Below are positions 17,972 through 28,270 of a stretch of 63,109 bases of DNA, piece by piece. Positions within the stretch are counted from its first letter, which is position 1. Every line of letters begins with the position of its first letter. A program made the translations under genes and the position numbers. The stretch covers positions 1-63,109 of the forward strand of contig CAZCAU010000004.1 in assembly GCA_964496855.1 (NCBI GenBank), given 5' to 3'. Source of the DNA: an uncultured Desulfurococcales archaeon. GTDB taxonomy: Archaea; Thermoproteota; Thermoprotei_A; Sulfolobales; CAZCAU01. The notes beneath the pieces are model-generated. The model did no database searches. It worked only from the letters and a program-made list of their open reading frames with translations, and was not told where the DNA came from.

Positions 17972-19546
17972 TTACTCTACAAAGGTTACTTTTACATCCA
18001 CTCCTAGTCTATCTCCAAGTTTCCGTAATTTCCGTATCTTCTTCATTGCTAGCCGTGCTTCTTCGCGTGGAACCTTTATTATAGCAACATTTCCTTGCAA
18101 CTCTACTTCCGCTGATGGTATTATTCTCTTTACATGATGTCTTAGCTTACCCTCTATACCAGGCATTTCTACTTTTTTCACTGGTACAACTATGGTTTGT
18201 TCACCGAAAGTGTACATCTCGTACTCTAGTTCGCCAGTTAAGAAGTCTCTTACCTCAACAACAGGTCTTGATAGCTCTACTTCTTTTAATCCTGTAGGTA
18301 GTTTAACGGTCATTCTCAACTCGTATACCTTGGTAACCTTGCCCCCTTCTATGAATATCACTGTATCTATGATGCTGGGTATCATTCCTAGCTCTACTCT
18401 GCCCAAAAACCTCTGAATAGCATCAATAGGTGTTGTTGCGTGTATTACTCCTATCATTCCTATTCCAGCTAGTCTAAGGTCTACGTATAGCTTGAAGTCT
18501 TCGTCATTCCTCATTTCATCAAAAACGGTGTAGTCAGGCCTACTGAGTAGTAGAATATCGTGTAGCTCGCCGAGTGATGCATAAGTCTTGGAATACTGTG
18601 TTATTTCTGGCGGTAATTGCATGTCTCGGGGACTCTCAACCGTTTTCACCACCTTGTTCTTACTAGCATAGTATTCTGCTAATGCTTGAGCAAAAGTTGT
18701 CTTACCCATACCCGGTGCCCCAGCAATTAGTATCCCCTCAGCCTTCTCCTCAAGTCTTCTCAACAACTTCTCAGGGAGATTGTAATCCTTTAGTGATAGT
18801 TTAACCAGTGGCCTAACTATTGTTATCTCCCATCCAGTGCTTAGAGGAGGCCTAGTTATGACTATACGGTAGTTACCAAGCTGGATTATGGTTGATCCCA
18901 TACGATCTATCTCTATGAAGCTATCATCCCTACGCTTCGCTATCTCTATGATTTCTCTAGCAATAGCTTCGACTTCTTCTCTGTCAAGGGGTTTATCAGC
19001 TAGTTTTACAAAAACCCAGTTTCCTGGAAAACCCTTTTTCGCTATAGGTGGTACTCCTTCCTTGAGATGTACACTCATGGTTTTTTCATCAAAATACTTC
19101 TCAAATACGGGTTTCTCGACGAGTCTTGGAGGAATATAGAATACTTTTATACCCAGTGCCTCAGCTACAGTAGCTTGTATACGATCTGATGTGATAAGTG
19201 TTGCTCCTATCTCCCAAGCGTATTCTCTAATAAGTGCGTCTATGCTTCCCAATTTTGCATGCTTGATTTCTAACCGGCCGGGAGGCTCTCCGGCGATTTC
19301 CAGCGTTATGAGGCCTTGATCAGCCAGTGTCCTAAGTTTTTTCAGCTCGGCTAGACCGGCAAAACCCACTTGACGACCCTGGTTAGCTTGATGTTCTAGT
19401 TCGGAGACTACTGCCTTGTGTATAATTATATGTCCTCTAATCTTGCCTTCTTTGACAAGCTTAGATACCATACCTTCAATTATAGTACTAGTATCAACTA
19501 CGTATACTTCCTCTTTTAGAGACGCGCTTATTATGCTCCCAGACAT
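17972..19546 (-). CDS. PIN domain - P-loop ATPase - KH domain protein (archaeal PilT-family ATPase, COG1855 type)
   Basis: 524 aa: N-terminal PIN (VYVVDTSTIIEG), Walker A GAPGMGKTTFAQ, and a C-terminal KH-like segment. Confidence 0.7.
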   Translation of the reverse strand: MSGSIISASLKEEVYVVDTSTIIEGMVSKLVKEGKIRGHIIIHKAVVSELEHQANQGRQVGFAGLAELKKLRTLADQGLITLEIAGEPPGRLEIKHAKLGSIDALIREYAWEIGATLITSDRIQATVAEALGIKVFYIPPRLVEKPVFEKYFDEKTMSVHLKEGVPPIAKKGFPGNWVFVKLADKPLDREEVEAIAREIIEIAKRRDDSFIEIDRMGSTIIQLGNYRIVITRPPLSTGWEITIVRPLVKLSLKDYNLPEKLLRRLEEKAEGILIAGAPGMGKTTFAQALAEYYASKNKVVKTVESPRDMQLPPEITQYSKTYASLGELHDILLLSRPDYTVFDEMRNDEDFKLYVDLRLAGIGMIGVIHATTPIDAIQRFLGRVELGMIPSIIDTVIFIEGGKVTKVYELRMTVKLPTGLKEVELSRPVVEVRDFLTGELEYEMYTFGEQTIVVPVKKVEMPGIEGKLRHHVKRIIPSAEVELQGNVAIIKVPREEARLAMKKIRKLRKLGDRLGVDVKVTFVE

Positions 19547-19664
19547 ACACGCATTACCACATATTGATTACTAGTACTGGTTCCTACCGTTTTACACCTA
19601 TAACAATCACATACTCTTATAAAGTATACTTTCTAGGAAATTAAAATAGCTAAGGTGAGACCTT

Positions 19665-19883
19665 ATGGGTAAGATAAGTAAAGGCATAACTTGTAGCGTA
19701 AAAGAATGCAGTAACCAGGCTGTTAGAAGCCTGCCGCCAGATGCTGCAGAGCTTCTTGGAAAGAATGGTGTTGAGGTAGATACTAGTGAGCGTAGAGTAT
19801 ATCTCTGTGATGAGCACTATAAAATGTACAAGAAGCTCAAGCGTAAAGAGGCTAAGCTTGAGAAATGGCGTCGAAGCATCTAA
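19665..19883 (+). CDS. Small Cys/His-containing basic protein, function unknown
   Basis: 72 aa. CSVKEC...LCDEH spacing suggests a zinc site, followed by a K/R-rich tail. AAGGTGAG lies upstream of the ATG. Confidence 0.5.
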   Translation: MGKISKGITCSVKECSNQAVRSLPPDAAELLGKNGVEVDTSERRVYLCDEHYKMYKKLKRKEAKLEKWRRSI

Positions 19884-19980
19884 ATCCGTACTTCTTTGGG
19901 TTATTCCATCTAGTTTTTAAGAGTAATACCGTTTACTATGAATATATGGAGAGTCCTTCCTGACGATTATGGTGTACTAG

Positions 19981-21201
19981 ATGGTTCAAATAATACATGC
20001 TGCCGATCTCCATCTAGGCAATAGACAGTATAAAATGGAGGAGAGAGAAGAAGATGTTCTTAAAGCATTTGATCAAGTATTAGAGCACGTTCTTAGGGAA
20101 AAACCTGATTTATTCATTATTGCTGGTGATTTCTTTGACACCCCCAAACCGCCGAACAAGATAATAAAGTACGCACAGGATGCTATAAAGAAGATTGTAG
20201 ATCATGGTGTGAAGGTATATAGTGTCATAGGAGATCATGATTATCCTAAGAGACGAGATCTCTCACCTATAAGACTCGTACCAGGAGTTAAGCTACTCTA
20301 TTCTAAGGAATTGAATGATATAGTAACTATTGATGGAAAAGAAGTCTTCATCCAAGGATTCCCATACATGCCACCAGCTTATAGGCAAAAGAATCTTTTA
20401 GTAGAATACCTTGTTAAGCCACCTAGTAGTGCATGGCGTAGTATTTTCGTAGCACATATACCAATAGAAGGGTTTATGCCCTTCGAGCAAGGCATTGCTC
20501 TATCAGATATACCATCGGGTTATAGTTATGCTGCATTAGGACATATTCATAGGAGGATAAAGTATGAGAGAGATGATGGGCTCTTAATAGCTTATCCTGG
20601 CAGTCTAGAGATATTAAGGGAAAACGAGATAGAGTTTTGGATGAAAGAGGGAAAAGGAGTATATCTTGTTGATTTATCCGGTGATCTCCCTAGTATAGAA
20701 GAGCTAGATGTCGAAGTTAGGCCACAATACATTATCAATGTATCATACAACAATTTTGCACATGTCATAGAGAATCTACTCAGCCGTTCGAAGAGTTCTA
20801 GAAAACCTCTCCTACATGTACATATCAAGCTTCCGTCAAGTTATCACAAACCAGGTATTGCAAAAAAGATACAATCTACGTTTGCTAATAGGGCTCTTCT
20901 CCGCTTAATCTATGAATATGAAGATGAAGAAAAAACCAGGAGAGAACAAGGTAGAGCACTTACACTCGTCGATGCTATAAAACAATTAGTTGGAAAAGAA
21001 GAGATTGCTAGGGCTATTTACGAATTAATGCAAGCCCTGAATCAAGAGAAGGAGAAAGAGTATATTGATAAACTAATAGAGACCATCTTAGCGGACAAAC
21101 ATGTATGGAACAAGCTAGTCCCGTCCACAACAAAGATCTTGACACATAGTTCTCTACAAAGAGGCGGGAAGAGTCTGCTAGACTATATAGGCATGCCTTA
21201 A
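19981..21201 (+). CDS. mre11: DNA double-strand break repair nuclease Mre11
   Basis: Phosphoesterase motifs IIHAADLHLG, AGDFFD, IGDHD and GHIH. Confidence 0.9.
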   Translation: MVQIIHAADLHLGNRQYKMEEREEDVLKAFDQVLEHVLREKPDLFIIAGDFFDTPKPPNKIIKYAQDAIKKIVDHGVKVYSVIGDHDYPKRRDLSPIRLVPGVKLLYSKELNDIVTIDGKEVFIQGFPYMPPAYRQKNLLVEYLVKPPSSAWRSIFVAHIPIEGFMPFEQGIALSDIPSGYSYAALGHIHRRIKYERDDGLLIAYPGSLEILRENEIEFWMKEGKGVYLVDLSGDLPSIEELDVEVRPQYIINVSYNNFAHVIENLLSRSKSSRKPLLHVHIKLPSSYHKPGIAKKIQSTFANRALLRLIYEYEDEEKTRREQGRALTLVDAIKQLVGKEEIARAIYELMQALNQEKEKEYIDKLIETILADKHVWNKLVPSTTKILTHSSLQRGGKSLLDYIGMP

Positions 21202-21213
21202 TGGTGCAGGACA

Positions 21214-24009
21214 ATGGCCACGATACTAGAACGGGTGCAATTAAAGAATTTTCTATCACATAGGAATACCCAAATCGAGTTCAAGAAAGGAGTAACAGTT
21301 ATTGTTGGAGAGAACGGGGCAGGCAAGACTAGTATTATAGATGCAGTATTATTTGCTTTGATAGGAAGCGGGCGAGGAGAAACTCCTAGAGGAAACCTAG
21401 CTAACCTGATAAGCCATGGTGCACCAGCTTGTGAAGTCGAGCTTTATTTTAACATTGATGGCGATAACTACAAGATATGGAGAAAACTAATAAGGAGAAA
21501 AAAAGGTTCACCAGTACACAATGCATTAATGACAAAAAACGGTAGAATCATAGCTAATTCACCAGACAGCGTAACTAGTATGGTTGAAGAAATAATCGGG
21601 TTAAGAAGAGACCTTCTTGGAAGATTAATACTTGTACGCCAGGGAGAATTATTATCGCTTCTTACCATGCTTTCATCAAGAGGAGAAAAGGAGAAACTAG
21701 AATTCATAGACTCAATATTAGCTCTAGACATATTCAAGAAAGCTGAAGAAAAATTAGGCGAGTATTATTTAGAAGGTATATTCAAGAGTCTTGCTTTAAC
21801 TAAGAAGTATAGTATTAAACAAACAGCATTAGATGATGTTGCAAAGGATAGAGCTAGTCTAGAAGAGAGGAAAAAGAACATAGAAGAAGAAATCAAGGCC
21901 AAGAGAGAAGAAGAAAAGAGGTATCTAGCTGAAATAAAGACTATTGAAAAGAAACTAGCTGTAAGTAGAGAAGAAAGAGCAAAACTACAAGAAGAACTGG
22001 AGAAGCTGAAAAAGTTCAAAGACGAGTATGAGGATACTAGGGCAAAGCTTGAGCAAATTCTGAAAGAGAAGAAGAGTGTTCTAGCAAAGATTAGAGAAGC
22101 CGAGAGGCTCTTAGAAGAGCTAAAAGATTTAGAGCCCTGGGCTAAAGTGCACGACCTTATCATCGAAGCGATAAATCTTGATAGGCAAGCTAGGAGTATT
22201 GAGGAAGATATCAACAATCTTAATGATACAAGGAACCTGTTGAGTAGGCTAAGCCACTTACATAAAATACGTGAAAGATACGAGTTTTTGGAGAAAAGAC
22301 TCCAAGAACTAGAGAAGTGTGTTAAAAAATCGGTCGAACTAGAGGCTATTCTGAGAGAAAAAGAAAGAGATCTAGCTGTTCTAGAGAGGTCTTTAACAAA
22401 TAAGATGAGCGAAATAGAGTCTATAGGGCTTAAGATAGATGGTGAGAAGCCGTTAGAGCTGGGAAAGATACTAACAGACATACTTGAGGAGAAAAAGACG
22501 CTAGTAGCAGGTAAAAGAGAAGCTTTAGAAAAACTAGAAGATGAGAAAAGAAGTATCTCTGCACGTATAAGCGAAATCACGGAAAGGATAAAGAAGTTAA
22601 AAGAAGCCGAGGCTGAGTGTCCTCTATGCGGACAAGCACTAACCATAGAACATAAGACAAATGTTATGAAAAAGTTAAGAAAAGAACTCGAGCTTTCTAA
22701 AAATAAGCTTGCATCTATAGAACAGAGAATAGATAAAGAGAGACAAGAAATAGAGCTTCTTGAGCAAATCATAAACCTAGTTCAGGACGCGCTAGGAATC
22801 ATTGATGAATACAGAGAATTAGTAGGTGAGCTGGAAAAGACGCGTGAAGAACAGGAGGGAATAAGACACTGTATTAAAGAGTATGAAGCGTTGAGAAACG
22901 AGCAAAATAGCCTCTCTAAAGACTACTATCTATATGAGCATTTAAAGAGCGAAGTAGGTAAGAGGCTCAGGAAGCTCTCGATAAACCCTACAGGCATAGA
23001 TGATGAAAAAGGTGTTGAGAAACATCTTAGAGAGATTATGAGTATAGCTGAGGTAAGGCAGGAAGACTATAACAAGATACAATCTCTCATTGAAGAAGTG
23101 CTTGAGACTATAAACAAAGAGCTTGGTAGAAACTATTCGTTGAGCGAGCTAATAGAGTATTATAATGGCTTCATTAAGAGTAAACTCGATAATTTGCGAA
23201 GATTGAAAGAAGCAAAGACTCTACTAAGAGAATACCATGAGAGGCTTAAGGCATATCAGGTAGAAGAGAAAATACTAATGGAGAAGCTGGAGAGTATCAG
23301 AAAAGCAGGTTATAGTGAGGAAAGATACAAAGAGCTTGAAGAGCTACTTGAGAAAGTTACTGATACTATTAAGAACTTGGAGATAGAACTCGAGAGATTA
23401 AAGTCAAGACTAGAGAACACGCGGGAAGAATTACAAAAGCTTCAGAAAGAGATAGACAATGTAAAGCATGATATCTCAGTTTTGGATGATATAGAGTGGC
23501 GTCTCCGAGTACTACTTTTCATACGGCGAAACATACTGGGTCGCGAGGGCGCGCCAAGGATATGGAGAAGACTTGTGACAAGAAGGCTTGAACAAGAGAT
23601 AACTCGTTTCCTAAACCTCTTCGAGCTAACATATAGTGAGGTAAGGATAGACCCAGATAGCTTTAATATAGTATTATTTAGTCCAGATGGTACGGCTATT
23701 GGTGTTCAACAATTAAGTGGTGGCGAACAAGTTGCATTAGCATTAGCTCTATTATTAGCCATATACTCGGCTTTCGGCAGTGACAGATTAGGTGTACTAT
23801 TTCTTGACGAGCCCACAATTCATCTTGATACTGATAGAAGGAGGAAATTAGTCGATATGTTCAAAGAGTTTAAAGGAGGAAGAGCAGTGCCACAACTAAT
23901 AATAGTTACACATGACCAGGAAGTTGAAAATGCTGCCGACCATGTCTACGAGGTTGTTAAAGAGAATGGCTGGAGTAAAGTAAAATTGGTGCAGGGGGTT
24001 GCCTGGTGA
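21214..24009 (+). CDS. rad50: DNA double-strand break repair ATPase Rad50
   Basis: 931 aa: Walker A GENGAGKTS, long coiled coil, zinc hook CPLCG, signature LSGGEQ and Walker B LFLDEPTIHLD. Confidence 0.95.
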   Translation: MATILERVQLKNFLSHRNTQIEFKKGVTVIVGENGAGKTSIIDAVLFALIGSGRGETPRGNLANLISHGAPACEVELYFNIDGDNYKIWRKLIRRKKGSPVHNALMTKNGRIIANSPDSVTSMVEEIIGLRRDLLGRLILVRQGELLSLLTMLSSRGEKEKLEFIDSILALDIFKKAEEKLGEYYLEGIFKSLALTKKYSIKQTALDDVAKDRASLEERKKNIEEEIKAKREEEKRYLAEIKTIEKKLAVSREERAKLQEELEKLKKFKDEYEDTRAKLEQILKEKKSVLAKIREAERLLEELKDLEPWAKVHDLIIEAINLDRQARSIEEDINNLNDTRNLLSRLSHLHKIRERYEFLEKRLQELEKCVKKSVELEAILREKERDLAVLERSLTNKMSEIESIGLKIDGEKPLELGKILTDILEEKKTLVAGKREALEKLEDEKRSISARISEITERIKKLKEAEAECPLCGQALTIEHKTNVMKKLRKELELSKNKLASIEQRIDKERQEIELLEQIINLVQDALGIIDEYRELVGELEKTREEQEGIRHCIKEYEALRNEQNSLSKDYYLYEHLKSEVGKRLRKLSINPTGIDDEKGVEKHLREIMSIAEVRQEDYNKIQSLIEEVLETINKELGRNYSLSELIEYYNGFIKSKLDNLRRLKEAKTLLREYHERLKAYQVEEKILMEKLESIRKAGYSEERYKELEELLEKVTDTIKNLEIELERLKSRLENTREELQKLQKEIDNVKHDISVLDDIEWRLRVLLFIRRNILGREGAPRIWRRLVTRRLEQEITRFLNLFELTYSEVRIDPDSFNIVLFSPDGTAIGVQQLSGGEQVALALALLLAIYSAFGSDRLGVLFLDEPTIHLDTDRRRKLVDMFKEFKGGRAVPQLIIVTHDQEVENAADHVYEVVKENGWSKVKLVQGVAW

Positions 24010-25142
24010 GCCTTGTAAACGAAGCCCTCAGAAAATATGATGAGATCCGTTGGTTCATAAACATGCTCGAAGTAAGAAGCCTGAATCGTGACAAAATCCA
24101 GTGGTTTGAACTACCCGAGCCCAAGCTACCTGATGTCGTAATAGGCGTTGATGGTGGTAGTAGAGTAGTTGATTTAAAATTATCCCCGTTTTACATGGTC
24201 CAGGCCATAGCTATTGTGCATTATAAGCATGATAAGACTATGTATGAGAAAACTGATAAGGTATGGATTGGCGATCTCGGTTTTGTCTTGCCACCGAAGT
24301 ATGTTGAAGAAAGAGCACAACTATATAGAGAGATGCATGAAGCCGAGGTTGCAAGACTTGCGTGCTCTAATCTTAGTAGAGAAAGTATTGATGATAGGAA
24401 TAGCTTAATTCTACTTGATGGAAGCTTATTATCCGTAATAATTCATCCTAGGCCTGGTTCTAGCGTTAAGTTTGATACTGTAGAAGCGTATCTGAGAAAA
24501 AACCTTGTAAATACTATGTTGCCTGAAGACAATATCCTGGAATGGGTAGACACTACAAGGAAGGCTTTATTGAAAAAACAAGCACTACGCGAAGAAGAGC
24601 ATGAAATCTTAGCAGCAGCTATTGGGTTTATCGAGTATCTAGGCAAGCTAGAGGCTTACTGCAGATTTTTGACAAAGTGCGCCGAGTTAGGGATACCAAC
24701 GGTGTTTGTCTCAAAAACTAGTAGAAGTACAGAATACTTCAATAACGTGTTACCAGATATGTATATTTACGAGAAAATGACAGAAACCATGGGCTACTCA
24801 AAACCTAGAATTATCAGCTTGTCCAAGGTGAAGACCTACCCTGAGATGATGTTTACTAGCAAGCTACGCAGATTTTTCTCCAATATGAAGATATATACGG
24901 TGTATTCTAGACTGGATATTGGTGCTCCTGTCCTGAAGATAGAAATACCGGTCACATCAGATTCTGAGCCCAATGTAGAAAACATACTCTCAATACTGAG
25001 AGGTATATCAAGCGATGGTTATCCATTCCCACTCCGCGAAGCACATGTAGAAGCGAAAATTGATAACACGCTCTATACCCAAGTTCTATCAATACTTGAC
25101 ATGGCTTATGAAGAGACAGGGCGTGAGGTTCTGGAGTTATGA
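24006..25142 (+). CDS. nurA: NurA 5'-3' nuclease
   Basis: 378 aa with IGVDGGS. It overlaps rad50 by 4 nt and herA by 4 nt. Confidence 0.8.
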   Translation: MSLVNEALRKYDEIRWFINMLEVRSLNRDKIQWFELPEPKLPDVVIGVDGGSRVVDLKLSPFYMVQAIAIVHYKHDKTMYEKTDKVWIGDLGFVLPPKYVEERAQLYREMHEAEVARLACSNLSRESIDDRNSLILLDGSLLSVIIHPRPGSSVKFDTVEAYLRKNLVNTMLPEDNILEWVDTTRKALLKKQALREEEHEILAAAIGFIEYLGKLEAYCRFLTKCAELGIPTVFVSKTSRSTEYFNNVLPDMYIYEKMTETMGYSKPRIISLSKVKTYPEMMFTSKLRRFFSNMKIYTVYSRLDIGAPVLKIEIPVTSDSEPNVENILSILRGISSDGYPFPLREAHVEAKIDNTLYTQVLSILDMAYEETGREVLEL

Positions 25143-26683
25143 TAGACAAGCCTTTAGGGTATATAATAGGAGAGTCTACGCCGTTCAGGGCATATTTCAT
25201 AGCTGAGAGACCGCCAAAAATAGGAGAGTATGTTGTTGTTGGATTCGAAGATAGAGATGTGCTAGGCCTAGTAGAGAATTGTTTATCTGGTAACCCGATA
25301 GTGCCCAGCAATGTTACTAGTATAAGTCACGCAGAGCATGCTCTCCGGTTTAATACTTCTTCAAAAACATATCTTAAAGGTTCTATTAGGTTTCTATCAT
25401 ACATAGAGCCTCTTCTTGAGAAGGGAATACTCGTAACACCTAAGACCCCGCCAAGACCTTTATCACCAGTTTTCGAAGCTGACGAGAATGTGCTTGCAGA
25501 AATCTTCTCTATGAAGAAAATTGGTAGAAGCAAGATACGGGTTGGAACACTGGTTTCTAATCCTAAGGTACCTGTGTACGTTAATGTAAACAGTATTGTC
25601 TCCAGACATTTAGCAATATTAGCAGTTACAGGTGCTGGTAAGTCAAACACTGTTAGCATAATAACTCAGAAAATAGTGGAAGAGCTCAACGGTACTGTTT
25701 TAATATTCGATATGCACTCAGAGTACTCTTTCTCAAAAATTTCCTCGAAGCAAGAGGTTCTGCCCCCGAAGTTAAACCCCTTAGCTCTGACTAAGGCAGA
25801 ACTATTACAACTTATGCGTGTGCAACCTAATGCTTCGAATCAGGAGCGGGTATTTAGGACGGCTTATGACAGTGTCTATGAGGAGTTTATACAAGGTAAG
25901 ATCCAGCCGACAGAGTTCTTTGATAAGCTAAAGGAAGAGATAGATACTATAATGAGGAGAGGAAAAGATACTGGAACACGTAACGCGGCCGCTGCCTTGC
26001 TTAATAAGATAGATGATGTAGTCGAACGTTATAGTGATATATTTGATTTCTACTTAGCCAAAGAGCTCAGCGATATGGTAAAACCCGGGAGACTCAATAT
26101 TTTTGACCTAGGGGAAGTAGATGAAGAAGGAGCAGATGTTATTGTAAGTCATTACTTGAGAAGACTACTTTCTGAGCGTAAGCAGTGGTATAGGACTAGA
26201 AGTGCAAAAGGTTACCCTGTCCCCATATTATGCGTGCTTGAGGAAGCACACGTACTTATCCCACGTGAAGAAGACACTCTTACAAAGTATTGGGCTTCCA
26301 GAGTTGCACGTGAGGGAAGAAAGTTTGGCGTAGGCCTGGTACTCGTCAGCCAGAGACCTAAAGCTGTAGACGAGAACACGTTAAGCCAAATGAACAATAA
26401 GATAATACTAAAGCTGATTGAACCAAGTGATCAACGCTATGTTCAGGCTGCTAGCGAGCAACTAAGCGACGAGCTACTTGAGCTCCTGCCAAGCCTTGAT
26501 GTAGGGGAAGCAATACTGATAGGAGAAATGACTATACTGCCAGCACTTGTGAAAATAGATAAGCATCCTGGCAAGAAAATGGGTAGCGACATACAGGTTA
26601 CTGATGAGTGGAGCAAGTATCTTGAAGAACAAGAAAAACGTAAGGAATTAGCAAGAAAGATCCTTGAAGACATGGAGGGTTAG
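25139..26683 (+). CDS. herA: HerA bipolar DNA helicase/translocase
   Basis: 514 aa: Walker A AVTGAGKSNTVS, Walker B region LCVLEEAHVLIP, and an N-terminal HAS barrel region. Confidence 0.9.
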   Translation: MIDKPLGYIIGESTPFRAYFIAERPPKIGEYVVVGFEDRDVLGLVENCLSGNPIVPSNVTSISHAEHALRFNTSSKTYLKGSIRFLSYIEPLLEKGILVTPKTPPRPLSPVFEADENVLAEIFSMKKIGRSKIRVGTLVSNPKVPVYVNVNSIVSRHLAILAVTGAGKSNTVSIITQKIVEELNGTVLIFDMHSEYSFSKISSKQEVLPPKLNPLALTKAELLQLMRVQPNASNQERVFRTAYDSVYEEFIQGKIQPTEFFDKLKEEIDTIMRRGKDTGTRNAAAALLNKIDDVVERYSDIFDFYLAKELSDMVKPGRLNIFDLGEVDEEGADVIVSHYLRRLLSERKQWYRTRSAKGYPVPILCVLEEAHVLIPREEDTLTKYWASRVAREGRKFGVGLVLVSQRPKAVDENTLSQMNNKIILKLIEPSDQRYVQAASEQLSDELLELLPSLDVGEAILIGEMTILPALVKIDKHPGKKMGSDIQVTDEWSKYLEEQEKRKELARKILEDMEG

Positions 26684-26685
26684 AG

Positions 26686-27714
26686 ATGGTCTCAATAATT
26701 GTGAGGAGCTTGTTCGCCGTATTAGAGCCTAGCGAAGTAGTGACTAATGCACGTATCCATGTGAAGGACAATAGTATTAGCACGATAACTACAGATGATA
26801 GCGAGTTGCAGGATATCCCAGTAGAAGCAGTACTGGGTGGCAGAGATAGTATTGTGAGCCTGCCTTTCTCCAATATATTAATAGATATCCCTGGTAGTTT
26901 AACAAAGTATTCACGCAAAGACGTTCTAGTAGAGAATACCATGAGTAATAGAGATTACTATCTTGTTGCAGCACTAGCTTTCTCAACATTACTTAGTTCA
27001 GGCGTAGGACTTGCTATTATTACTACACCACGCGTAGAACCAGTATGTAGAGCAGCTCTTGAAGCCGGCTTACGCTCTATAGTGTTGCTTAGTAGCAAAG
27101 GTTATGACGATCCTGAGGATGCTCTAAGAGAACTAGAGAAACTAGAGGAAAGGCTAGTTAAGAAAAAGTTTCTACGACTAGGCCTAGAAATAAAAGACGG
27201 TGCTCAGACAAACAACATGGTTAAAGAAGCTGTTCAACGGGGACTAGTATTACTAGATAATAGCAAGAAGATTATACTAGCGGATGGCAGGGAGTATTCC
27301 CTATATACTCCTCTTAAACAGTCTTTGCTATACTCTACAAGTAGTGGAAACAAGGGTCCAGTGATACTAGATGCTAGGGATTGGATTACAATAGATCCTA
27401 GATCATTTTCATACATATTGCTTAGTAATGGGATGAGCATCGATAGTGTTCTCAATATACACTTTTCGCCGAGAAATCTCCTAGACCTCTCTCTACGATT
27501 AGATAGGGGGAGCGAGGCTGATCTGCTTGTTGTAAGTTCTAGAAAACCACCTGTAAGGGTTCTTATTAGTGAGGAGGGGGCATTAGCTGCCCTAGCTACA
27601 GATGCGTTTGTTGAGACCTTAATAATTAATGGCGAGATACTCGTTGATGGTGGTGAAGTTATCTCGGGCATAGAGGAGGCTGCTAATAAAGCCATTCATA
27701 GTCTATTTTTGTGA
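26686..27714 (+). CDS. Amidohydrolase-fold-like protein lacking the HxH metal motif
   Basis: 342 aa. The overall pattern resembles metal-dependent amidohydrolases: N-terminal beta-sandwich IIVRS...IHVKDNSISTI, and a C-terminal GSEADLLVV...TLIINGEILVDGG. At the position of PGfxNxHxH it reads SLPFSNILIDI. The ATG lies 2 nt after the herA stop. Confidence 0.45.
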   Translation: MVSIIVRSLFAVLEPSEVVTNARIHVKDNSISTITTDDSELQDIPVEAVLGGRDSIVSLPFSNILIDIPGSLTKYSRKDVLVENTMSNRDYYLVAALAFSTLLSSGVGLAIITTPRVEPVCRAALEAGLRSIVLLSSKGYDDPEDALRELEKLEERLVKKKFLRLGLEIKDGAQTNNMVKEAVQRGLVLLDNSKKIILADGREYSLYTPLKQSLLYSTSSGNKGPVILDARDWITIDPRSFSYILLSNGMSIDSVLNIHFSPRNLLDLSLRLDRGSEADLLVVSSRKPPVRVLISEEGALAALATDAFVETLIINGEILVDGGEVISGIEEAANKAIHSLFL

Positions 27715-27742
27715 AAGAAAGGATGCTAGTACACAGTATTAG

Positions 27743-28189
27743 TTACACTAGGTAAATGACGAGCTCGTCTCCCTCGGTTTGCGTGAATATTTTTCTGCGA
27801 GCAATTGTTTCTATCATTATCCTTTTCTCATTAGTCACTATGGCATAGTTGTATAGGTAGAGTCCAGGTACAATTACTGTTAGGTACGAGGTTGTTTCTG
27901 TTATGTTTAAGCGTAACTCGAAAGAGTCGAATAATAGTTCCTCGCCTGCAAGAATATCTATTCTCCCAGCATCTCTTATGCCGCGGAGTTCTTCGCTAGT
28001 AACTATGTAGACATACTTCCTATTCCTCTTCACGCTTTCCTCAACGCTACTCCAAGGGCCTTTAAATTCTATGTTTCTAGGCTTAAATACTAGAGTAAAG
28101 TTTTCTCCCTCGATGTGTAATTCATTAGGGTTTATATTAAGTACTAATGCTCCAGGCTCCCACTTAGCTATAAGCTTGTTTTTCACCAT
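27743..28189 (-). CDS. Hypothetical protein
   Basis: 148-aa ORF with no motif I recognise. It fills an otherwise empty interval. Confidence 0.4.
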   Translation of the reverse strand: MVKNKLIAKWEPGALVLNINPNELHIEGENFTLVFKPRNIEFKGPWSSVEESVKRNRKYVYIVTSEELRGIRDAGRIDILAGEELLFDSFELRLNITETTSYLTVIVPGLYLYNYAIVTNEKRIMIETIARRKIFTQTEGDELVIYLV

Positions 28190-28270
28190 CGATCAACACT
28201 ATCTTTGTAATGGTATGCATAGTCTTAAAATAGCATTATTGCTGAACCCAGGGATATTGGGGTAACGAAA

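Noticed and set aside
21765-22772. 335-aa minus-strand ORF rich in Ser/Leu/Phe, inside rad50
   Set aside because: It is the antisense shadow of the Lys/Glu-rich Rad50 coiled coil (AAG/GAA codons read as CTT/TTC). It is low-complexity with no motifs, and the plus-strand gene is unambiguous.
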